This document shows, piece by piece, positions 1 to 6,461 of a DNA stretch of 27,234 nt. The notes beneath the pieces were generated by a model. That model did not search any database. It was not told the origin of the DNA and saw only the letters and a program-made list of their open reading frames with translations. Where the stretch lies: positions 1 to 27,234 of the forward strand of contig JAWOHE010000001.1 in NCBI GenBank assembly GCA_046485285.1. Direction: 5' to 3'. Within the stretch, counting starts at the first letter, position 1. Every line of letters begins with the position of its first letter. The DNA is from a bacterium. GTDB lineage: Bacteria; Hydrothermota; Tepidihabitantia; Tepidihabitantales; Tepidihabitantaceae. The translations under genes and the position numbers were made by a program.

Positions 1-842
1 CTCGTGTCTATCTCCCAGTGGCCGGATTCGTGCGCAGTATCATCCTTGACCCAGGTCGACTCGACACGCGAACTCGCCCACTTCGGCGTGTAGCACAGTA
101 TGAGATACGGCTTGATGCCCCGGTCCCTGAGGGCGAACATCGCGGTGTCATACCTGCCCGCGAAGTTGAAGCCGCCCCCTGATTCAGGCTGTAGCGACTC
201 CCACTCCAGACCTTCTCGCGCCCACCCGATTCCGACTGCCGCGGCCGAGTCCGACCAGGCATCCCAGCCCTCCACGGGATTAGCGCCCTGCCGCCAGTCC
301 CTCCACATCGCCAACTGGAACAGATGCGAGCCGAACAGATTGTTCTCGGTCCGGGCGATGCCGTAGACCCGCAATGCCAGGTCGCTGGTGTCCGGGACGC
401 CGGGTGCGGTCAGACTTCCGTGCGGATACGGGTCGGTCGGGTCGTAGGCGAAGGAAATCGGCGCGCCGCCTTCCCGGGTGAATGTGGCGGTAAGCGTCCG
501 TCCGCGGGTTAGTTTTGCATCAGTCATCTCCAGGTCGAAATGAACCCAACCCCACATTCTTTGCGCGGGAACATTGAGCTTCGATGCAATTTCCGTATTG
601 CCGTCTTTGATGACGACATGATATCTCCCGCCTGAGAACGTATCTCCGACCCAAAGACTGACTTCCGTCAACGAATCCGCCACGTTGATGAAGGTCTGGG
701 AGATTTGGTTATTGGGCGGTACGGAATCGGTCAACCCGATGTAGTTGCGATACGGGACTACTTCATAGAATTTCATCCCGGCCAATAGTATTGTCGGTGC
801 TATCAATCCTATCAGCACCGCCAGTGCTGACTTTCGAATCAT
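1..842 (-). CDS. Secreted glycoside hydrolase-like protein (GH-A clan, GH5/GH39-like TIM-barrel start), 3' end outside window
   Basis: Not in the ORF track because it has no stop in the window. I translated it by hand: ATG at 842 after an AGGAGG SD, MIRKSALAVLIGLIAPTILLAG (signal peptide), open for 280 codons to the window edge. Includes AAAVGIGWAREGLEWESLQPESGGGFNFAGRYDTAMFALRDRGIKPYLILCYTPKWASS, a pattern typical of the first strands of GH-A barrels. Confidence 0.7.
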   Translation of the reverse strand, partial: MIRKSALAVLIGLIAPTILLAGMKFYEVVPYRNYIGLTDSVPPNNQISQTFINVADSLTEVSLWVGDTFSGGRYHVVIKDGNTEIASKLNVPAQRMWGWVHFDLEMTDAKLTRGRTLTATFTREGGAPISFAYDPTDPYPHGSLTAPGVPDTSDLALRVYGIARTENNLFGSHLFQLAMWRDWRQGANPVEGWDAWSDSAAAVGIGWAREGLEWESLQPESGGGFNFAGRYDTAMFALRDRGIKPYLILCYTPKWASSRVESTWVKDDTAHESGHWEIDT

Positions 843-862
843 CTGAACCTCCTTATGGGTTC

Positions 863-3103
863 TTACTTTTTCACGAACTTGTATGTCTCTCGTCTGTCCG
901 GCAGGTCAAGCCTGAGGAAGTAAACCCCCGGGCTCATGCCGCCAAGGTCGAGCGTTGCGCTTCTGCCACTGTACCGGGCTTTGCCCCGGCTATACAACAC
1001 CTCCCTTCCCGCCGCATCATACACGGCGATAGCCACGACTGCGCTTTCCTGCACCTTGATATTCAGCCACCGCCCGGCCGGATTCGGCGTTACCAAAGGT
1101 CCGGTTGCGGGCGGATGGTCCGGCCAGCCATCTGCCATACCGGTCGGCACGGTCTCGAATATGCTTATACCGGCATCTCTGACAGCCACATAAATATGAG
1201 GGTCGTTCCAATGTAATCGGCCTCCGGTCCATGGCAGAGGATGATATGCGAGCACCTGCATATTGTGCGGGTCTGCGATATTGGCCAACCGCAGACCATC
1301 GGAACAAGATAGATATGCCAGCGTGTCAACGACAACGACATCATAAACCATCCGGCCAAAGGTCAGTGAGTCTACCGGGTGCGGCGATGTCGGGTCCCGG
1401 ACATTCCAGACATGCAGGCCGACCGCGGCCAGGTAGGCCAGGTTATCTTTGACAAAGGCGTTCCATGTTCCAAGAGGAATGGAGCCAATGATAATAGGCA
1501 GGGTCGGGTCGCTCACGTTGATGACCGAAAGCGGATAGGTCGAAACGTAGGCCAGCGTATTCTGCAGGTGCATGCCATAAGAGTACTCCGGCAGCCTCAC
1601 CTCTCCTACCACCCGCGGCTCCCGGGGCCGGGCAACGTTGAAGATGTGAAACTCACCGTCAATGGCGACATAAAGCAGACTATCCCGTAGAACCATGCTT
1701 TTCGGGCGATTGGGAAGGTCATACCCTCCGGCCATACGCGGATTCGTAGGTTCCGTAACGTCGACAGAGCGGAGATTCGGCCGCCCCCAGTCCACGAAAG
1801 CGAAGCTGTCTCTGGCTACGACCGAATGCTGTGTTACTCTTTCGGTATTCGCCGTGTCAATACCACCAATCCAGTAAGGCCGGGTCGGTTCGGTCACATC
1901 TAACACTACCAAGCCCGCTCCGCCGCTGGAAACATATGCCGTTCCGCCATCCAGCGACAGGTCACGGCTTATGCCGACCCGTAGCGCCACCGTGTCAACA
2001 ACCGGTTGATTGAGATTGCCGGTATTGATGATATACGTCCCACCCAGGTCGTCGGCAACAATGGCAAACCGTCCGGCACTGCTACCCCAGACCCCAAAGT
2101 TCTGACCAATGGTCGCACACGAACCGAGTACAACCGGGCTTGCGCTGTTGCTGATGCTCAGTATGCGGAACTCGTGCCCGCCGGTGTAGTAACCCGACAG
2201 GAACGCCAGCGAGTCATCGAGGTGTATTTCGTAACCACCGCAGCTGTCCAGTCGAGAGAGTATCCGCATCGCGGCCGGGTCCGCTATGTCGAGTAGCGTA
2301 AGTCGCAGCCATTCCGGTTGGTTGAGGTCATATTGGGTCACGAGGCAGGTATTGCCCCGGGCAGCGACACTGAGAATGTTGCCTCCCCAGGTACCGACTC
2401 GGTACGGCGATGCCGGGTTACTCACGTCAATCGCATCGAGACCATGACGGTTGGCCAGGAACGCAGTATTCCCGGCTACCGATACCGACGTACCGATGTC
2501 CTGTGACGCTCCAAGCAGCCGCGGGTCTGCTGGGTCGGCTACGCTGTAGACCTTGAACGAGTCGTGACCGACGGTATAGACCAGAGTATCCTTCACATCA
2601 AACCCGAGCAGGTCTGTCGCGATATTGGACCGATGGACCGGGCGCAAAGGGTCGGAGATATTGTACGTCTCCAGACCATCCGCTAAAAGGAACAGCAACG
2701 AGTCCCTGACCTGCACCTGCGACACAAGGTAGTTGCAGTTAATGTCGGCCAGAACATCAAGCCGGAGCCCCCCTGAACGGCGTAAACGCAGCAGACTTGC
2801 ACCGGAACCCCGGGCAAGCACTATGATAGTGTCGTTCGGTGTGGCGCGTACATCGACATCGAAAACCGGGCCATAGGACCAACGCCCAACGCAGATAAGA
2901 GTTTCCGCTTCCGGCATGTTGCCGGGGCGTTGATACATGCCCTCAAGCCCACGGTCCTGCAACCAGAGGTAGCGAAGCCTTGGAGGAATCCTTGAGAGCG
3001 AATCCATCACCGCCTCATGCGCGGCGAAGTCGGCCATCCGGCCCTGTCCGAACGCGAGGCAGAGCATTCCCACCAACCCGAGAAGAACCGCTGTCATTCT
3101 CAT
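863..3103 (-). CDS. Secreted LVIVD-repeat (beta-propeller-like) protein with T9SS type A-like C-terminal sorting domain
   Basis: N-terminal signal peptide; many 'AYV...GLxxxDVSNPxxP' LVIVD-type repeats; C-terminus TPNPA...VYDAAGREV...LGGMSPGVYFLRL...YKFVKK. Confidence 0.85.
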   Translation of the reverse strand: MRMTAVLLGLVGMLCLAFGQGRMADFAAHEAVMDSLSRIPPRLRYLWLQDRGLEGMYQRPGNMPEAETLICVGRWSYGPVFDVDVRATPNDTIIVLARGSGASLLRLRRSGGLRLDVLADINCNYLVSQVQVRDSLLFLLADGLETYNISDPLRPVHRSNIATDLLGFDVKDTLVYTVGHDSFKVYSVADPADPRLLGASQDIGTSVSVAGNTAFLANRHGLDAIDVSNPASPYRVGTWGGNILSVAARGNTCLVTQYDLNQPEWLRLTLLDIADPAAMRILSRLDSCGGYEIHLDDSLAFLSGYYTGGHEFRILSISNSASPVVLGSCATIGQNFGVWGSSAGRFAIVADDLGGTYIINTGNLNQPVVDTVALRVGISRDLSLDGGTAYVSSGGAGLVVLDVTEPTRPYWIGGIDTANTERVTQHSVVARDSFAFVDWGRPNLRSVDVTEPTNPRMAGGYDLPNRPKSMVLRDSLLYVAIDGEFHIFNVARPREPRVVGEVRLPEYSYGMHLQNTLAYVSTYPLSVINVSDPTLPIIIGSIPLGTWNAFVKDNLAYLAAVGLHVWNVRDPTSPHPVDSLTFGRMVYDVVVVDTLAYLSCSDGLRLANIADPHNMQVLAYHPLPWTGGRLHWNDPHIYVAVRDAGISIFETVPTGMADGWPDHPPATGPLVTPNPAGRWLNIKVQESAVVAIAVYDAAGREVLYSRGKARYSGRSATLDLGGMSPGVYFLRLDLPDRRETYKFVKK

Positions 3104-3109
3104 GCTGTC

Positions 3110-3137
3110 ATTGTCGGCCTGACTCCGCCGCCGTCAA
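3110..3137 (-). promoter_or_regulatory. sigma70-type promoter for the LVIVD gene (leaderless arrangement)
   Basis: Minus strand TTGACG-16 nt-GACAAT, then 6 nt, then ATG at 3103. Confidence 0.55.
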
Positions 3138-3211
3138 GCGAATCCTGCCCCGCGTGTCAATACTCAGTATCGACTTCCCCGGCCCCCGGGCTGTCCGGGA
3201 AAGGAGCCGGT

Positions 3212-3409
3212 CTACTCCACCAGCACCTGCCGGCTGGATTCGCCGGTGTCCTGCCTGCGGACGAAGTACACACCCCGGGCAAGGTGCCGGACGTCATTCT
3301 CGCCGGGCTGGAGCAGGGCGACCCTGCGGCCGTCCGGCGCGTACAGCCCGACGCCCTCGGTCCCGGCGAGATGCACCGAGTACCGCGCCGGGTTGGGCCG
3401 GAGCACCAC
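3212..3409 (-). pseudogene. Stand-alone/remnant T9SS-like C-terminal domain (65 aa) without cargo
   Basis: VLRPNPARYSVHLAG...GLYAPDGRRVALLQPGENDVRHLARGVYFVR...RQVLVE has the PNP, YxxxGRxV, LxxGVYFVR and terminal beta-strand CTD motifs. In-frame TGA lies 5 codons upstream; no signal peptide or SD. Confidence 0.65.
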
Positions 3410-3472
3410 GGTCGGGAAACATCATAGACGGCCCGACCCCGCGCCGGCTCCGCGGCTCCCCTTCGCGGGGAT

Positions 3473-3500
3473 TTGACAGCCGGGTGCGCTGGGCTACAAT
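3473..3500 (+). promoter_or_regulatory. sigma70 promoter of tRNA-Met
   Basis: TTGACA (3473-3478)-16 nt-TACAAT (3495-3500), ending 8 nt before the tRNA 5' end. Confidence 0.8.
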
Positions 3501-3508
3501 CACCGTCC

Positions 3509-3582
3509 GGCGGCGTAGCTCAGATGGCCAGAGCTGGAGAATCATAATCTCTGAGTCAGGGGTTCGAGTCCCTTCGCCGCCA
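3509..3582 (+). tRNA. tRNA-Met (CAT), most likely elongator; CCA not encoded
   Basis: Acceptor GGCGGCG/CGCCGCC, D-arm GCTC/GAGC, anticodon arm GGAGA-ATCATAA-TCTCT, T-arm AGGGG-TTCGAGT-CCCTT, discriminator A followed by CTA. G1-C72 pairing and no GGG/CCC anticodon stem argue against initiator; Ile2 is not fully excluded. Confidence 0.93.
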
Positions 3583-3705
3583 CTAGCTTGACAACCTGCC
3601 GAGCGCCAGGCTGCGGCGGCACCCGCCGGGGGTGCCTGCCCGCCGTTGCTGACCGCCGAGCCGGGCGGGCCGCGAGTCCCGCCCTCGTTCCCGCAAGGAG
3701 GCAAT

Positions 3706-4635
3706 ATGGGTCTTGAGGACAAGAAGTCCGACTTCATCTGGATGAACGGCAACTACGTTCCGTGGGCCGAGGCCCGCATCCACATCTGCTCGCACGTCAT
3801 CCACTACGGCACCGGGGTCTTCGAGGGCATCCGCTGCTACAAGACCCCTTCCGGCCCGGCGATCTTCCGGATGCAGGAGCACACCGAGCGGCTGTTCAAC
3901 TCGGCCCGGATCTACCGGATGGACATCCCGTTCACCCAGGAACAGGTCAACCAGGCGATGCAGGACCTCATCCGCAAAAACCGCCACGAGGAGTGCTACG
4001 TCCGCCCGATCGTCTACCGGGGCTACAACGAGCTGGGCGTCAACCCGTTCAACTGCCCGGTCGACATCGCGCTCATCACCTGGTACTGGGGCAAGTACCT
4101 CGGCCCGGAGGCGCTCGAGCAGGGCGTCGACGTGATGGTCTCGTCGTGGAACCGGATGGCGCCGAACACCTTCCCGGCGATGGCCAAGACCTGCGCCAAC
4201 TACATGAACTCCCAGCTCATCAAGATGGAGGCCATCAGGTACGGGTTCGTCGAGGGAATCGCGCTCGACGTCCACGGTTTCCTGAGCGAGGGCTCGGGCG
4301 AGAACCTGTTCGTCGTCCGCAAGGGCGTCATCCATACCCCGCCGCTCCACGCGACGATCCTGCCCGGCATCACCCGCGACACAATCATCACCCTCGCCCG
4401 CGAGCTCGGCATCCCGGTCGTCGAGACAATGATGCTCCGCGAGATGCTCTACATCGCCGACGAGGTGTTCTTCACCGGCAGCGCCGCCGAGGTCACCCCG
4501 ATCAGGAGCGTCGACAAGATCCCGGTCGGCTCGGGACGGTGCGGGCCGATCACCAAGCGGCTCCAGGACGCCTTCTTCGCGGTCATCGAGGAGCGCGCCG
4601 AGGACCGGCACGGCTGGCTGACCCGCGTCGGCTGA
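3706..4635 (+). CDS. ilvE: Branched-chain amino acid aminotransferase
   Basis: AAGGAGG SD then ATG 3706; motifs [20 protein letters not shown] (PLP lysine), [26 protein letters not shown]. Confidence 0.96.
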   Translation: MGLEDKKSDFIWMNGNYVPWAEARIHICSHVIHYGTGVFEGIRCYKTPSGPAIFRMQEHTERLFNSARIYRMDIPFTQEQVNQAMQDLIRKNRHEECYVRPIVYRGYNELGVNPFNCPVDIALITWYWGKYLGPEALEQGVDVMVSSWNRMAPNTFPAMAKTCANYMNSQLIKMEAIRYGFVEGIALDVHGFLSEGSGENLFVVRKGVIHTPPLHATILPGITRDTIITLARELGIPVVETMMLREMLYIADEVFFTGSAAEVTPIRSVDKIPVGSGRCGPITKRLQDAFFAVIEERAEDRHGWLTRVG

Positions 4636-4636
4636 G

Positions 4637-5101
4637 ATGCGGATCGCCCTCGGCGCCGACCACCGCGGCTTCGAGCTCAAGGAGCGGCTGATGCGCCGGC
4701 TGGCCGCCGACGGCCACGAGGTCGCCGACCTCGGTACCGGCTCGAGCGCGAGCTGCGACTACCCCGAGTTCGCCTGCGCCGTCGCGCTGGCGGTCGCCCG
4801 CGGCCGGGCCGAGCGCGGCATCCTCGTCTGCTCGACCGGCATCGGGATGTCGATCGCCGCCAACCGCGTGCCCGGCGTCCGGGCCGCGCTCTGCTCCGGC
4901 CCGAAGCTGGCCGAGCTCTCGCGCCGGCACAACGACTCCAACGTCCTCTGCCTCGGCGCGGACTTCACCCCGGCCGGGACCGCGGTGAGGACCGCCCGGC
5001 GCTGGCTGGCGGCTGAGTTCGAGGGCGGGCGTCACGCCCGGCGGGTCCGCAAGCTCGAGGGTTGCCGCCCGGCTACCGGGACAGCGCGTAGAACGAGATG
5101 A
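4637..5101 (+). CDS. rpiB: Ribose-5-phosphate isomerase B
   Basis: GADHRG, DYP, CSTGIGMSIAANR, RHNDSNVLCLG, FEGGRHARR motifs. 3' end overlaps the convergent SLBB gene by 29 nt. Confidence 0.95.
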   Translation: MRIALGADHRGFELKERLMRRLAADGHEVADLGTGSSASCDYPEFACAVALAVARGRAERGILVCSTGIGMSIAANRVPGVRAALCSGPKLAELSRRHNDSNVLCLGADFTPAGTAVRTARRWLAAEFEGGRHARRVRKLEGCRPATGTARRTR

Positions 5102-6425
5102 TCACCGACGCCACCGGGATACCGATGGCGCTGATGATCGAGACGTAGTCCTGCCACCAGCGCAGGGCGACCCGCGGAACCACGATCCGGTCGCCCGGGT
5201 CGACCGTCGGGTCGTCTCTCAGCGATAACCGCCGCCCGTCGCGGATGAGGTGCGCGCCCCGCATCGTGGCGTAGTGGGTCGGCCCGCTCGCCTGGCCGAT
5301 GTAGTCGCTCGCCCGCAGGTTCGGCGTGTAGAGGAAGGCGCCCGGGCTCTGGACCTCACCCTCGACGTAGACCAGGGTGTTTATCGGCGGGATGACCAGG
5401 ATGTCCGAGTTCATCAGCGGCAGGTTCTGCGCCGAGTCCGCCTGGAACAGGATCGCGTGCAGGTCAACCGGCATCCGCTTCCGCGCGCCCCTGCCGCCGA
5501 GAATTATGCGGTCGACGTAGCAGTAGGCGAGGTCGGCCCACGGCGTGATGCCGCCGGCCTTGCGGATCATATCGAAGACGCGGTCGCCCGGCTCGAGCTC
5601 GTAGATGCCCTCGCTGATTCGCTCCTTCTCGGTCGTCAGCGCCGAGGTCCTCAGCCGGTAGCTGCCGCGCCCGAACACCGCGCCCTTGACGGTCACCAGG
5701 CCCTCGACCGGCGGCACGAAGATCACGTCGCCCGACTCGACGAACGGATTCGCCATCAGGTCACCCTCGGTCTCGAACCGGCCGATGTCCGCGACCGCGT
5801 GCAGCCGTCCGCCCCGGATGACGTGGATCCGCGACCGCGAGCCGAGCGGCGCCAGCCCGCCGGCCTTGGCGACGAGCTGGGACACGCGCTCGACCGATGA
5901 CGCGTTGTATGCGCCGGCATACTGGACCTCGCCGGTGACGAAGATGATCCCCGAGCGCAGGCCCAGGAGCGTCAGCTTCACCTCGGTGTCCCGGAAGTAG
6001 CGCTTCATCACGCAGGCCAGCGTGTCCTGCGCCCGCTGCATCGTCAGCCCGCTGATTCTTACTGCGTCGACGACGTTGCCCACCTCGTCCGGGAGCGCGC
6101 GGTCGGCCACGAATGGCGACATTCCCGGCGGCATGTTAACGGTGACCTTGCCCTCGTAGGTCACGAACGACCGGTAGGAGTACGTCACCGGCCCGCTCAC
6201 GGTCACCAGCAGCTCGTCGCCCGGCATCAGGATGTACTCCTCGGAGATTATCGGGCTCTCGACCCCGACCAGCGCCTGGCTGCCCGCCGACCGGCCGGCG
6301 GCCGCGGACTGGCCGTCCTGCGCCGCGGCGGCCGCGACCAGCGCCAGCGCGGCCGCGAGGGCCGGGCCGAACGCCAACCGCCGGGTCCGGGCCCGGCGCG
6401 GGAAGCGGATCATCGGCCGTATCAT
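5073..6425 (-). CDS. Polysaccharide export / SLBB-domain protein (Wza/KpsD-like)
   Basis: Signal-like hydrophobic N-terminus, YILMPGDELLVTVSG export domain, repeated VxGEV/VKGAV...AGG SLBB repeats, C-terminal hydrophobic helix. Start set at ATG 6425 from the promoter position; ATG 6413 is the alternative. Confidence 0.85.
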   Translation of the reverse strand: MIRPMIRFPRRARTRRLAFGPALAAALALVAAAAAQDGQSAAAGRSAGSQALVGVESPIISEEYILMPGDELLVTVSGPVTYSYRSFVTYEGKVTVNMPPGMSPFVADRALPDEVGNVVDAVRISGLTMQRAQDTLACVMKRYFRDTEVKLTLLGLRSGIIFVTGEVQYAGAYNASSVERVSQLVAKAGGLAPLGSRSRIHVIRGGRLHAVADIGRFETEGDLMANPFVESGDVIFVPPVEGLVTVKGAVFGRGSYRLRTSALTTEKERISEGIYELEPGDRVFDMIRKAGGITPWADLAYCYVDRIILGGRGARKRMPVDLHAILFQADSAQNLPLMNSDILVIPPINTLVYVEGEVQSPGAFLYTPNLRASDYIGQASGPTHYATMRGAHLIRDGRRLSLRDDPTVDPGDRIVVPRVALRWWQDYVSIISAIGIPVASVIISFYALSR

Positions 6426-6432
6426 TGCGGCC

Positions 6433-6461
6433 ATTCTAGGAACGCAAGCGCCGGCTGTCAA
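6433..6461 (-). promoter_or_regulatory. sigma70 promoter for the SLBB gene (leaderless arrangement)
   Basis: Minus strand TTGACA-17 nt-TAGAAT-7 nt-ATG(6425). Confidence 0.75.

Noticed and set aside
3509-3582. tRNA-Met as the attachment site of an integrated element
   Set aside because: No duplicated tRNA 3' end and no integrase in the window; ilvE follows directly.
3588-3700. Two hairpins (GGCACCC/GGGTGCC and GGGCGGG/CCCGCCC) and a TTGACA between the tRNA and ilvE as a T-box, attenuator or promoter
   Set aside because: No T-box motif, leader peptide or U-tract, and no convincing -10; probably tRNA 3' trailer structure.
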